From the NCBI RefSeq assembly GCF_009914755.1, contig NC_060930.1: 64,000 bases of DNA; one strand, written 5' to 3'. The stretch is from the human T2T-CHM13v2.0 reference genome, Homo sapiens. Positions 1-33,479 of the stretch are shown here, one piece after another. Each line of letters begins with the position of its first letter. The stretch's first letter is position 1. The translations under genes were made by a program, and so were the position numbers. The notes beneath the pieces are model-generated. The model worked only from the letters and a program-made list of their open reading frames with translations. It had not been told where the DNA came from and did not search any database.

Positions 1-469
1 TCCCCCTGCCATTCCCAGGGCATGTACAGCTAGACTCCTGACCCTTTGGGAATTAACTGTTTGAACATTAAATGCCTCCCCACACCCCAGAGTTTCTAGC
101 ATTGTCAAAGTGCACTGTTTATTCAATCAAACATGCACTGAGCACCTATTATGTTTCAGGTCTGTTTGAGCAGTGGTTCAACAAGGATGAATGAGACAAG
201 GCCTTTACCTATGCACAACTCAGATCTTAGCATTGGCTCACTGTAGGCACAGGCCGCCATGGGCATGAAATGATTTTCTGCACAATGCAGTTGTTGCTAC
301 AAGAAGGTTTCTGAGCAGGACTGCAAAGTACCTCCACCCCTACTGCCATCACATCCTGATAACTATCTCTCATCCCTGGACCTCATGCTTCATGACTATC
401 CTCTGCCACTGGAAACCTCCCCACTGGCACAGCCTGTCTGGGCTTGCTCTTGCTAACTATGTGTTCATG

Positions 470-762
<293 letters not shown>

Positions 763-1194
763 TGTGTTCATGCTTTAAAATGTCACCTTTCTTCAAACAA
801 CTTTCCATTCTCTTAGCTCAGCAGCTCTTGCCTAGATGTTGGACAGTCTTAATTTAAATATTTCACACTCAAGATGAATGGATGATAGGTTTTACCTTCT
901 CTGAGGGGGTGGTCTTTATATTTTAAAATAGGTAATTCATGCATATAAATCTCTAATGGGAAGTAAAAATGTCTGCACAGAGATGATCTCCCCGTGCAGC
1001 CCACGGGCTGTGAGACACACTTGCTTTACATACCACCATATTACAATCTTTTGCAAATGGAAATGGAACTAGGCTTTAAACTTAGTCTCCTACTTTTTTA
1101 TAATCTCCTTCATTAGGACATCAATAATTAATGCTGAATCAATATAAAGGGTCAAAGATTCCACAATTTTTCTTTAAAAGTTAGTATAACTTGC

Positions 1195-10628
<9,434 letters not shown>

Positions 10629-11159
10629 GGCCGCGCCCGGGGACGCCCGGTGACCCCAAACACTGCGCGTCGCTCCGGCAACCGCGCGGCCCCGCCTCCG
10701 CCGCTCGCAGGAGGCGGGGCCCAGGGGCGGGTCGAGGGCGGCCCGTGGCGGCTGGGCCTTTCCTCAACTTTGCGCCTGTTGCTGGGCCGCCGGCGCGCGG
10801 GCGGCCGCGACCGCCGGGGACGAGCTTGGAGGAAAAGGAACCGGGAGCCGCCCACCCGGGGGCGCTCTCCGGACCCCCAGGGTCCTAGCGCGCGGCCCTT
10901 ACCGAGCCTGGGCGCCCGGATTTCGGCAGCGGATCGCCTTTCCGGGTTGGCGGCCCGCCTGATTGGGAACAGCCGGCCGGTTGCCGGGGGAACGCGGGAG
11001 TCGGGCCCGACCTGAGCCACGCGGGCTTGGTGCCCACCTGTGCGCGCCGCCTGCGAAGAAGGAACGGTCTGGGGAGAAGGCGCCGCCGGCCGCCCCCGTC
11101 CCCACCGCGGCCGTCGCTGGAGAGTTCGAGCCGCCTAGCGCCCCTGGAGCTCCCCAACC

Positions 11160-13943
11160 ATGAAGCCCAACTTCTCCCTGCGACTGCGGATCTTCAACCT
11201 CAACTGCTGGTGAGTGCGTCTGCGGAGTGCGGTCTGGGGGCCACCTTCCGTTCGCACCCATGCAGCCTTCCTCCCCCTATCCCGCCCCACGATCTCAGGG
11301 TGTAGGGAAAACCCGAACCTCCAAAGTCCACATCTGGCCCCAGCGCCGGTGGTCCCAGCAGTCGCCTCCCCTGCCCCGCTCTTCCCTTCCTTAGGGGCAT
11401 TCCGTACTTGAGCAAGCACCGGGCCGACCGCATGAGGCGCCTGGGAGACTTTCTGAACCAGGAGAGCTTCGACCTGGCTTTGCTGGAGGAGGTGAGATTG
11501 TGCAGCACGGTGCGGAACCCAGGCTGGGAGGAGGGACAGACCGTCCCACTGGGGAAAGACCAAGCAGGCATCCTCACCGCTTCCCTCAGGTGTGGAGTGA
11601 GCAGGACTTCCAGTACCTGAGACAGAAGCTGTCACCTACCTACCCAGCTGCACACCACTTCCGGAGGTGAGAAGCCCACTGGCCTGAAGCCTGTTGTCAT
11701 CCCAGGAGGCTCTTGGCCCTGCCAGCCCTTCCCTATCCTGCCTGCACTCTCCAGTCTCCTCCAGCCTCCTCTCCCTCTGGATGTGAGAGAAGGAGAAGGG
11801 TGAACCAAGAAGGTCCTATGACTTCAGCCCATTTCAGCTTTGTTTTCTGGCTGCCCTATACTCCTCCAAAGGCTGTCGCCTTGGTTCTAGGGCTAGTCCC
11901 AGCAGTAGAAAAAGAAAAAAATAGCTGATCAGAGCTGGAAGACAAGGGAGGGGAAGAAGGCTGGGTGTCTCTCCCTGTTTTTCTGGTTATTAAGCAGGGC
12001 TTGGCTTTCAGCGGAATCATTGGCAGTGGCCTCTGTGTCTTCTCCAAACATCCAATCCAGGAGCTTACCCAGCACATCTACACTCTCAATGGCTACCCCT
12101 ACATGGTAAGGCAGACCTTTGACCTCTTCCACCTCCCTTCCCCACCTCCAGTAATACAAGGTAGAGGAGGCAGCCCTCTGAGAGCTGCAGGGGATGGGCA
12201 GAAAGATGGTGGCGGTGCCCTGAGTTTCTATCTCCTCCTGCCTGCAGATCCATCATGGTGACTGGTTCAGTGGGAAGGCTGTGGGGCTGCTGGTGCTCCA
12301 TCTAAGTGGCATGGTGCTCAACGCCTATGTGACCCATGTGAGTGAAGCTGGCAGTGCCTAGGGCTGGGACATGCAGCCCAGTCCTGGGACAGAGAGATGG
12401 TACTTCTCTAGCTCTCATACCTGGGGATGAGGTGTGGGGGCAAGATCTTATAAGGAAGCAATGGGCAAGGCTTATCCATTGTATACCAAACACCATGCCA
12501 AGTGACAGACACAGGCTTGATTCAGACATACCCCTGGGACCCTCAGTCTTATCTGCTGTGATCTCATCTATCTTGCTCAGCTCCATGCCGAATACAATCG
12601 ACAGAAGGACATCTACCTAGCACATCGTGTGGCCCAAGCTTGGGAATTGGCCCAGTTCATCCAGTGTGTGAGCCTGGGCTTGAAATGGGAAGTGGGATGG
12701 GACCCAGGGGCTGAGGGTGAACAAGGCCCCAGTCATGGGGAAGAGCTGGTGATGGAAGAACTCCCGCCTCACCAACCTGGTTCCCCCAGCCACACATCCA
12801 AGAAGGCAGACGTGGTTCTGTTGTGTGGAGACCTCAACATGCACCCAGAAGACCTGGGCTGCTGCCTGCTGAAGGAGTGGACAGGGCTTCATGATGCCTA
12901 TCTTGAAACTCGGGACTTCAAGGTGAGGACTTGCCTGTTACTTCCCCACCTATATCCCCAGCTTCTCTCCCTCCTTCTCCCCCACATCCTAGCATGAGCC
13001 AATGATTCCCTTAGGGCTCTGAGGAAGGCAACACAATGGTACCCAAGAACTGCTACGTCAGCCAGCAGGAGCTGAAGCCATTTCCCTTTGGTGTCCGCAT
13101 TGACTACGTGCTTTACAAGGTCAGGCTCCTCCCTTCAACATGCTTTCATATGCTGTGTCTCTTTGTCTACTAACCTGTGTAGATCCTTTGCTCAGCTAGT
13201 CTAGTCTTGGACCACTGATGGGTGGAAAGTGGGGTAGCCGGGAGCTGGTTCTCTGGGAAGAGGCCCTCATATATAAGCTTCTCTCTGGCCCTTACTTTTC
13301 CTAGGCAGTTTCTGGGTTTTACATCTCCTGTAAGAGTTTTGAAACCACTACAGGCTTTGACCCTCACAGGGGCACCCCCCTCTCTGATCATGAAGCCCTG
13401 ATGGCTACTCTGTTTGTGAGGCACAGCCCCCCACAGCAGAACCCCAGCTCTACCCACGGTGAGTCACCCCCACCCTTTCCTTGGCCCTTGCCCCGCTTGA
13501 AGCAGCCCTTCCACTCTTGACTCTCTCCTGCCCCACTGCCCTGCTCTGTTGTAGGACCAGCAGAGAGGTCGCCGTTGATGTGTGTGCTAAAGGAGGCCTG
13601 GACGGAGCTGGGTCTGGGCATGGCTCAGGCTCGCTGGTGGGCCACCTTCGCTAGCTATGTGATTGGCCTGGGGCTGCTTCTCCTGGCACTGCTGTGTGTC
13701 CTGGCGGCTGGAGGAGGGGCCGGGGAAGCTGCCATACTGCTCTGGACCCCCAGTGTAGGGCTGGTGCTGTGGGCAGGTGCATTCTACCTCTTCCACGTAC
13801 AGGAGGTCAATGGCTTATATAGGGCCCAGGCTGAGCTCCAGCATGTGCTAGGAAGGGCAAGGGAGGCCCAGGATCTGGGCCCAGAGCCTCAGCCAGCCCT
13901 ACTCCTGGGGCAGCAGGAGGGGGACAGAACTAAAGAACAATAA
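11160..13943 (+). CDS. SMPD2: Sphingomyelin phosphodiesterase 2 (neutral sphingomyelinase 1), 423 aa
   Basis: join(11160-11209,11395-11491,11590-11666,12012-12105,12248-12337,12581-12663,12790-12922,13015-13119,13305-13458,13555-13943) = 1272 nt, all GT-AG. Starts MKPNFSLRLRIFNLNCWG; EEP-family motifs LLEEVW, GDLN, RIDY, SDH; two C-terminal hydrophobic segments. Confidence 0.97.
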
Positions 13944-13944
13944 A
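13939..13944 (+). terminator. SMPD2 polyadenylation signal AATAAA overlapping the stop codon
   Basis: CAA TAA A; TAA stop at 13941-13943; U/GU-rich sequence follows. Confidence 0.8.
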
Positions 13945-14115
13945 GCTTGGCCCTTTAGTGGCTCTGCCTTTTTCCTTGTAGAGGCGATGGGAGCCAGGGG
14001 TCAGTGTGACTGTCACACTACAGACCTTAAGGCTCCTACACATCTTCTCCTGTCCCCATACACGCCCCCACCTCCCACCTGTAGGCGGTGTGAACGCTGT
14101 TTGTGGCAGAAACAT

Positions 14116-14121
14116 TTTAAT
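14116..14121 (-). terminator. MICAL1 polyadenylation signal ATTAAA
   Basis: tttaat on + strand, about 110 nt after the TAG; the only AWTAAA hexamer I found between the stop and SMPD2. Confidence 0.75.
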
Positions 14122-14228
14122 TGTAAACAGCAAGGCTCTCTGCCAGGCAGCCCAGATGAACAGGGGTGGCACTGTGCTGGGGTGAGGTGCTTTCTTTGTG
14201 GGAACGAAAGCAGACGGCCCACCCTCGT

Positions 14229-24234
<10,006 letters not shown>

Positions 24235-24999
24235 GGAGGCCTCCTGGGGAGGGCAGCAGCTGGGCAGAGATGAGTGGCTGGAGAGGTGGAAAAAGAAGGG
24301 GAAGAGGCTGGAGAACAGAAGAAATAAAAAGGAAGGGGAGGCGAAGAGAGCAGGCTGGTGTCCCCAGGGAGCTCGGGATTCACCAGTGATTGGCTCTGCT
24401 CCTCCCAGCCCATTCCCCTGCCAGCATCTGCTCCAGAGACAGCTGCTATCCAGTCCACTCCAAGTGAAATTTGCCAAATTTGGAAGTGAAAAACATTAGT
24501 CTTGGGCACAGAGGGCACATGGGACACCAGGGGAGCCTCCAGTTCAGCCTCCCTGTCCAGGGATCTCCAAGCCCTGGGGTAGGAATTCTTAGCCTGCCTT
24601 CCTTAGGCCTTGGAATCAGGGTGTGCGGGGATTTCTTAGATGTGGAGAGGACAGAGCTGCCTTTGCATGCAACACAGGGACAGATCTGATACCCACAACC
24701 CCAGCTGCTGAGCATACATCCTGCCCCATCTCCCTCCAAGCGTCCCTGTGCCGGCGCCCCTTGATGGCCTCAGTGCCACGCTGTGTCTGAGAAGTGTCTC
24801 ATGGCAAGGGCAAAGTTTTCCTCAGCACTCGTGCTTGCCTCCTGACAGAGAAACAGCCTCTGTCCGCGTAGGTTCCACTTCCCTCCACCAAACTGCCTCA
24901 ACAAACGGCGGGAGGATGTTGCGACTGACTGGGGAACGGAGGCCTGGGTCTATTTCTGACGCACTGTGGTCAAAACACTTCCTCTGTGAATGTGCCCTA

Positions 25000-26480
25000 C
25001 TCCAGGGGGCCGTGGGTAGGGCTGGGGGTCGACCGCAGCCGGGTGCGCCCCTCCCAGGTTCCCCCCTCCCTGATCGACCCCTACCCCGCCCCGCCCCCTG
25101 TGCGCCCGGGCGCGCTCTCCCAGGAATCTCCGGAGACAAAGCCTCGCTTTGTCGCCCCCTCCCACGCCACCTGAAGGGTGCCCGAGGGGGTTTCTCACGC
25201 GGGGCCCAGAAGGTATCAGAGGGTATGGAGGAGGCGGGTGTCCACGGCAGCGTTAGGGAGGGTGAATGGCAGCAGTGGGGGCAGGTCCCTGAGGCTCAGG
25301 CCCCTCCACCATCCAGCTGCCCCTCCGTTCCCAGCCCGCCGCGCCGAGACAGGAGATGAAAGCCTCCCGCTGCGGGTGGCCCGGACGAGGGCAGACGGAA
25401 TCTCATGACGGAAGGGCAAAGATCTTTCTTGGGGGTGGAGGGTGGAAGGAGGAAGACCTCGGCGAAAGGGGAGAAAGGAGCGACCCAGCCTGGAAACGCC
25501 AGGACAAAGGCTGTGAGAGGGGTGGAGCGGTCTGAAAGGATGGAGAGGGAGCTGGACCGCGGGCGGCAGCGGTGGGGGTCCCCGACACTGGACGGCAAAG
25601 TCCGGACGCGGCGTGAGCAGGGCTGGGCTGAGGGAAGACCTGCCTGACCTGCCAGGCGTGGTTCCCGAGCGACCGCAGCTGCGTTTCCCCGGAAGCGCAC
25701 CCCACCTCACCCCACCCGGCCGCGGGGCTCGCAGCCGGCTCCGCTGGACGACTTACCGGCGGCTCCGAAGCCGGGAGGGGCCGCTTCCTGTTGGGCTGGC
25801 AACCAGGTCTGAGCGGGTGGGAGGGCGGGGGCGGGGGCGGGGGCGGAAACGCCGAGATCGGGCGGGGATGCTGGGATGCGGGGCGGCCCGGGGCGTGCGC
25901 CTGGAGTCGCGCGGAGTGTGGGCTTCCGCGAGGGGCGCGGGGCGCCGCCCGGGCTTTATTCGCGACTCATTAGCATCTCATTACTTCTGGATCCCTCTAC
26001 CGCCTCCAGCGGGGACAGTCTTGGGCCCGCCCATGCCTGCAGGGTGGCGCCCGAGGGCGTGGCGCTGCGGACACCCCGTTCCGCTCTGGGGCCTCTGGGT
26101 GGGTCTGGCCTGTTGGGGGCTGAGGAGCTCGAGGGTCAGGGCGCCCAGTGCTGGACCGCGCACCCTCGGCCTGGGCTCCTTGCCGGTGCTTGCGCGTGCA
26201 AGGCTAGCTCTTTCCCCGCCGCAAGGCGAGGACCACCCGCCCCCGCCGCGGTCCCAGGTCCGCTGGCAGCCTCCCAGCGCCGGGCCGAGAGGGCGCTCAG
26301 GCTCCTCAAGAGGTTTGGAAAAGCCGGCGGGTCCGAGGGTGGCGCCGGAACGTCTGCGCTCTCCTCCGGTCTCCCACCTGGAGATCCACGGCCCGGGCGC
26401 CCCAGGATGGATCCAAGCGCAGAGTGCGCCTCCTGTGACAGAGGTCGACCCCTAAGCCCGGGCCGAGGGCAAAGGGCGCG
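25000..26480. promoter_or_regulatory. MICAL1 CpG-island promoter with tandem GC boxes and an ETS-like site
   Basis: CpG-rich; GGGCGG repeats at about 25823-25846; CGCTTCCTG at 25782-25790. Confidence 0.8.
25757..25830 (-). other. MICAL1: MICAL1 non-coding first exon (5' end approximate)
   Basis: Consensus donor CCG|GTAAGT at 25757/25756 inside a CpG island; pairs with the exon-2 acceptor ctccag|C at 24277, 43 nt before the ATG. Confidence 0.75.
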
Positions 26481-26921
26481 GATTAAAGTCCTGGAAACTC
26501 AGCAATCTGCAGCTTCCAAATGGATATGAGAAGTGAGAGGGAAGGGGATGGCGGGGCGGGTTAGACCACCACTAAGAGATGGGGAATGGGAGGGGTGTGT
26601 GGAAGAGAGACCAAGTCTTCAAAGAATGCCTTAGAGTGAGGACCCACGGGACTGTCTGCTGAAAAGGGCTGGAGAGGCCTTTGGGATCAGCTTCGTCGTA
26701 TTCCCGATAAGGAACAGCGCCTAAAGTGAAGGGACGCGTCCAGTCTTTTAGCTAGTTAATATTAAAAAACATCGTCTCATTTATTGACCGTCATCCTATG
26801 AGTATTACCTCAACATCAGTGCTTGCAACAGTCCCATTTTACCAAAAAGGAAACTGAGTCACAGATGTTCTGTGATCTGCACACAGCAAGTGGCAGAGCT
26901 GTTTGGGGGCCCAGGTCTGTC

Positions 26922-27616
26922 GGCTCCACCACCCCAGGGTTGACCCAAAATGACGCATGAAAGGCTGGCATTATAAGATGCTGTTTCTTGTTTAGACGAA
27001 GTGATACTGTTACACTGGAAGCACTAATAAAACCCAGGTATAAATAAGAGGGTTGCTGTCCTTGAGATCCAGAGACCATAAAGAGCTGGGAGGGAATAGG
27101 GCCTCTCCCTTTATTCTCATTTTGCATTTCATCTGGAAAATATCTGAGACCCAGTAAGACCTGAACACTCACTGTTCCCAGCTCGAGCTGAGAAGCAGGC
27201 AGTGGGACGAAAGCAAGGGGAAATGCCTGTTCTCTGCCAGGAGAGGCGAGGGAATTCAGCCAGGTCACGCTCAGAAAACTAGGGCAGCCTCTCAGTTGGG
27301 CCCATCCTAGCTTTTGAGTGTGACACGTCATTTGGCTTGAAATGAATTTGCCGAATATCAGACACACCCATATTTAAATACATGGTGTAAAAACGTTCTA
27401 AAGTCCACTACAGCTGGGTTACCCTGGGCTCCACCACCCCAGGGTTGATTCAAAATGATGCGTGAAAGGCTGGCATTATACGAAGCTATGTCTTGTTTAG
27501 AGGAAGTGAACTGTCACGCTGGAAACACTAATAAAACCGAGGAATAAAGAGGAGGGTTGCTGTCCTTGAGATCCAGAGACCATAAGAGATCCAGAGACCA
27601 TAAGAGATCCCGAGAC
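26922..27616 (+). repeat. Dispersed direct duplication of about 160 bp (26922-27081, 27427-27585) plus an 18-mer tandem repeat
   Basis: ggctccaccaccccagggttga...cttgagatccagagaccataa present twice; gagatccagagaccataa about 2.7 copies at 27568-27616. Confidence 0.9.
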
Positions 27617-28351
27617 AGTCCCTGGCTTCTAGAATAATCTCATTTCCCTTTCACTAGCAGATGGTACACAACTAGCCGCTCCACTTACTACAACTACAGC
27701 GGCTACAACTAGCCGCTCCACTTTGCAAAGGCTTAGTGGGGTCTGGCTTGACTCAATGCCTTTTGCCAAGCAGGGTCATGTGGCTCTATGAATGACACAT
27801 CATAAAATTTGTCTTTAAAGAAGATCAGAGAACAATAATGAGTTCATCAGTGCTAAAAACTGCTGACTTGAAGTTTCAACTTATGCTAATTAAATACTTA
27901 ACATGGGGGCATAAAGCAGCAGGGAATACATTGTTCTGGAATCCAGAAGGTCTGGTTGGATTCCAGCTTTGCTTCACGCTAGCCTAGTGTGACCTTGGAT
28001 GTCACCAACCACACTTCGTCTGCCCATCTCTAAATGGAGGCAGTTTAATTACTCAGCCTTCTCAGCCCATTTCTACTCCAAAATCCTATCATTCAATGCT
28101 GTCCTAAGAAATGAACAGACTAGAAGACCCAAACCAAGTTCTACTTAGAATTTCTTCCAAGAAAAAAAAAAAAAACTCTATTAAAGCTATTTATTAACCA
28201 CAAGAATTTCTCTCCTTAATTAGAATCTTGAGTCATGATTCAAATTATGTGTATGTAGAACTAAAAATACTGGCACAATCACATTGGCCAATTCATATTG
28301 GATCAAATAAGTGGGTGACACATGAAGTCAGTTTAAAGAGTCCCATTCTAA

Positions 28352-28700
<349 letters not shown>

Positions 28701-30179
28701 TTAAAACCTGAGCCATTACGACAGGATCCTCCTTCCTCTGCCCCATACCATGTTCTGTCACCTCCCAATTTCTTATCTCCTGGGCCCAGAAACTGGGTCC
28801 CTAGTACTGTAGGTGGCATGTTTAAGTCACCTGTAATATGGCTTTGTACCTGCAGGCCAGTATCTTCAAGCAACAAACCCATGGTCCTGGGCCGGGAAGC
28901 TGTGGCTGCAGTATAGCCAGAGACAGAGCCCATGATTTAAAAAGTGACATCTGCGCCAAAGGTGTAGAGAGTGCCATGAGAGGATGTGACAACATGGTTT
29001 GATTGAGGTTAGAGGACAGATGAGTACTCATGAATCAGAGTGGGGGCAGACAACTTTCAAGGCTGAGAAACCACCTGCCACAAAGCCTTCAGGCAGGAAA
29101 GAGCTGGGTATGTTTGGGGAACACCAAGGAACCACGTGACGAAATGAGAATGGGGAAGAGGGTCCCAAGAGGAAGTTGGAGATTTTATTCTAAAGGCCAA
29201 TGGAAACTCTGTAGAAGGATTTTAAGCAGAGCAGAGACACGGTCATATTTATCTTAATAACTAATGCAAATCCATTCATTCAGCAAGGCACTCTGTTTGA
29301 TGCTAAGCTAAGGGTACAATGGTGAGCCCAAACAGATCACCACTTCCAGTGGAGAAAGCCCAGCAGGAGGTGGTAGAAAGGATCAATCAGGTCTTTGTCA
29401 GGAGTACAGGCAAGTGACATGGTATAGTGAGGATGGGAGAAGTGGATGGAGTCAAAAGATATTTCAAGGTGAAACTGACATAACATGGCCATGAATTGGG
29501 TGTGGGGGTCAGGTGGGCCCCTTCAAGAATGACACCCAGCTTTGTCTCTTGGCTTGGAGTGGGTAAATCACAAACTTGGGGCCCCCATTCTTTCCTATTT
29601 TTCCTTCCCACCTTATTCCTCTGTATGCTGCTTTTTACTCAATACCTTCCCCAGAAGTCAAAGCACAATTATGATTTCATAGATTCTGAGATAACACAAG
29701 GACTCTACCTTGAGAGGCTGCAAAGATTAAACACATAAATAGGTTCAGGATCAGTTAAATACTTGCCCATATTTTTGTAATAAGACTGCCTTTGCCCTTC
29801 AAACACTAAGATTATAAGAAACATTTATCCAGAAGCCACTTAATTAACCAAACTAAAATTATCTTGACAGGTGGATTTTTAAAATGTAGTTTTGTTTTTA
29901 ACTCTGATTTAGTCTAAGGAAGCTTCAGTTTGACTTTTCATTTAACAAGGATAGTCATATGAATGAACTAAAACCAATACCCAAACTATTCTTTTGGAAA
30001 ATCATCTTTGAATTATATTTAAAGTGACATATTATGGATATTATGAATTCAGAATAAAAGTTCTCTATCCTGACCCCTGCTCAAATTTTTTCCTTTTTTC
30101 ACACTTCACACTGAATATAGTACCACTTTTCAGACTCATAAAAAAGCTAAGATCCCTTGCTGTTACCAAAATGTGTTTA

Positions 30180-30590
<411 letters not shown>

Positions 30591-31003
30591 CCAGTAAGCT
30601 AAAGTCTTTTGCTGCTTAATTATGTGTAAAGGATTTGAGAGCAGGATAAACTATCACAACATTCCAGCTTCTTTTAGAGGTCACTCCTTGAGAGCTGCTA
30701 TTTACAAAAGGCAAGGCAAGCAGATTTTTCACAGGTCATTCCTCTTTATCTGCTATTTACAAAAGCAAAACAAAGAGTTTTCTTTCAATTCTTAAGAGTT
30801 TAGGCTTAAGTTTAGAAACTGAAAATGAAATTTTACCTTAATGCTTATTAAGGATAACAAAAATAAAACAAACCTACCCTAAACTTAAAATATCCTCAGT
30901 CAAAAATTTGAAAAAAGGGCTCACTTACAGAGGCTCCTGTTAACTAAGACATTTTCACCTTACCAGTAACTTTCATCCAACTGGCAAATTTCGATTAAGC
31001 TTT

Positions 31004-31386
31004 TTTTTAAATTATACTTTAAGTTCTAGGGTACATGTGCACAACATGCAGGTTACATAGGTATACATGTGCCATGCTGGTATGCTGCACCCATCAACTT
31101 GTCATTTACATTAGGTATTTCTCATAATCCTATCCCTCCCCCAGCCCCCCACCCTATGACAGGCCCTGGTATGTGATGTTCCCTGCCTTGTGTCCAAGTG
31201 TTCTCATTGTTCAATTCCCATCTATGAGTGAGAACATGTGGTGTTTGGTTTTCTGTTCCTGTGTTAGTTTGCTGAGAATGATGATTTCCAGTTTCATCCA
31301 TGTCCCTGCAAAGGACATGAACTCATCCATCCTTTTTTATGGCTGCATAGTATTCCATGGTGTATATGTGCCACATTTTCTTACCA
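31004..31386 (-). mobile_element. 5'-truncated L1PA 3' end
   Basis: Classic L1 3'UTR (tactttaagttctagggtacatgtgcacaac...); TSD ATTAAGCTTT at 30994-31003 and 31387-31396. Confidence 0.92.
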
Positions 31387-32074
31387 ATTAAGCTTTAAAT
31401 CAATAGTAGTGAAACACTAACATGATTATATGGTAGTTACTGAATTTCTGTAGACCGTAACTTTCACTACTATTGTTTTATGTAAAAAAGTTATAATTGT
31501 ATGCAGGTGGCACATGCTTGTAATCCCAGCACTTTAGGAGGCCAAGGTGGGAGGACTGCTTGAGGCCAGGAGTTTGAGGCCAGCCTGGGCAATATAGTGA
31601 GACCCTGTCTCCACTTAAAAAAAGAAAAAAGTATGCTATAATTCCAGACATAGACCCTCAATTTTAGTCAAAAACTTCTATTACATTAAGCAGGTCACAT
31701 TCTTTAATTAGTAAGTTCTTATTAAATATGTAATTTTTAATAAGAACTTAATAAGTGGGAAATAAATTATGTATTTAATAATAAATAAGAAATTACTTAT
31801 TTAATAAGAAAATTGTCCTTTTCTTTTGGTTCTATTAACCTTGGGAATAAGAAATCCAGCTTAAAGTTTTAAAAGCCTGTGCCCTAGTTCTGGTTCTACC
31901 ACTTACTGTATGACATTTGGCAACAGACTTTCTCTTTGGGCTCCATGTTCTCATCTGTCCAATAAGCATAATAATTACTCACCTCACCAGAATGTCATGA
32001 AGATTAAGATGAGACATGCTTCCAGTGGTTAAGGTGTGTCCCAGACACTGCTCCCCTCCTCACTCAGATGCCAG

Positions 32075-32388
32075 TTGTTAGGAGGTAAATTGTGTCCCCC
32101 TACTCCAAATTCACATGTTGATGTCCTAATACCCAGCATCTCAGAATGGGATTGTATTTGAAAAGATGATTAAATGAGGACATTAATGTGGGCTGATCCC
32201 ATACAACTGGTGTTCTTAAAAGAGAGTAAGACAGAGGGAAGGACATGTGAAGATACAGGCAGGGGAAGACAACTAGAAGGGAGGCCTCAGAAGAAACCAA
32301 CCCCACTGACACGTTGATCTTGGACTTTCTATTTTTTCAGTCACCCAGTCTGTGGTATTTGTTATGGTAGTCATGGCAAACTAATATA
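32075..32388 (+). mobile_element. MaLR (MLT1-type) LTR
   Basis: aattgtgtcccc...aaattcacatgttga...cagtctgtggtatttgttatgg...caaactaata motifs. Confidence 0.8.
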
Positions 32389-32652
32389 CCAGTCATGAAC
32401 AGAGGGGACTGGAGTCCTCCAACCAGAGGGTGCTATATTGTAAATCTGTGTGCCATGACATGGAAGATGTTTGAGACCCAGTAAGATATGATACAGATTT
32501 AACAGACCTGGCTTGGCTCCTGGACAATAGTAAGGACTCCATATTTGGAAGATATTGTTACATTCCCATTTATGAAAACCTAGATAAGCATCTATAATGA
32601 GAATCCTAGGTAAGCATTTATAATGAGAATCTTTTTTCATTCCTCAGCATCA

Positions 32653-32658
32653 TTTAAT
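32653..32658 (-). terminator. Probable distal ZBTB24 polyA signal ATTAAA (3'UTR about 3.3 kb)
   Basis: tttaat on + strand; position fits the UTR length I recall. Other hexamers exist within the UTR. Confidence 0.5.
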
Positions 32659-32956
32659 CTGTTGCTCACAACATTTATAACACAAGAACCAACTGTAGAA
32701 AATACAGAGTAGAGGTGAGTTTCAAGAAGCACTGGGCAAGCACTTGAATAACTGATTTTGATGGTAAGAGCTCCAATCATCCCAAGGCAGACCCTCTTCT
32801 GGGAGAAAACCAAAGATTCACCTTCAAAACGAGGTGTTTCAGGAGCCCCAAAGCATAACATTCTATTTCCTAAGAAACACACTCTATATTTCTGTTAAAA
32901 CAATTTAAAAAATGGTACACATTTAGTAGAAAATGAATTGTGAAACACTGCACTAG

Positions 32957-33321
<365 letters not shown>

Positions 33322-33479
33322 GTCATTGAACTTTTTTATTCAAAGGGGTAGAATGTATATGTGGGACAAAGAAAGAGGCTAGATTAACAAAGCTATCATT
33401 TCCTTGTTTCTCTTTGACAGCTGGTCAAATAATTCAGGCATAGCTAGGACTGATGCTCAAGTTAGAAACAGGTGGCCCA

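Noticed and set aside
27568-27723. Short repeats with intervening sequence resembling a CRISPR-like array
   Set aside because: Only 2-3 units, no regular unique spacers, eukaryotic context; explained by slippage.
32580-32631. 26-bp tandem duplication near the ZBTB24 cleavage region
   Set aside because: Real but ordinary micro-duplication; no evidence of function.
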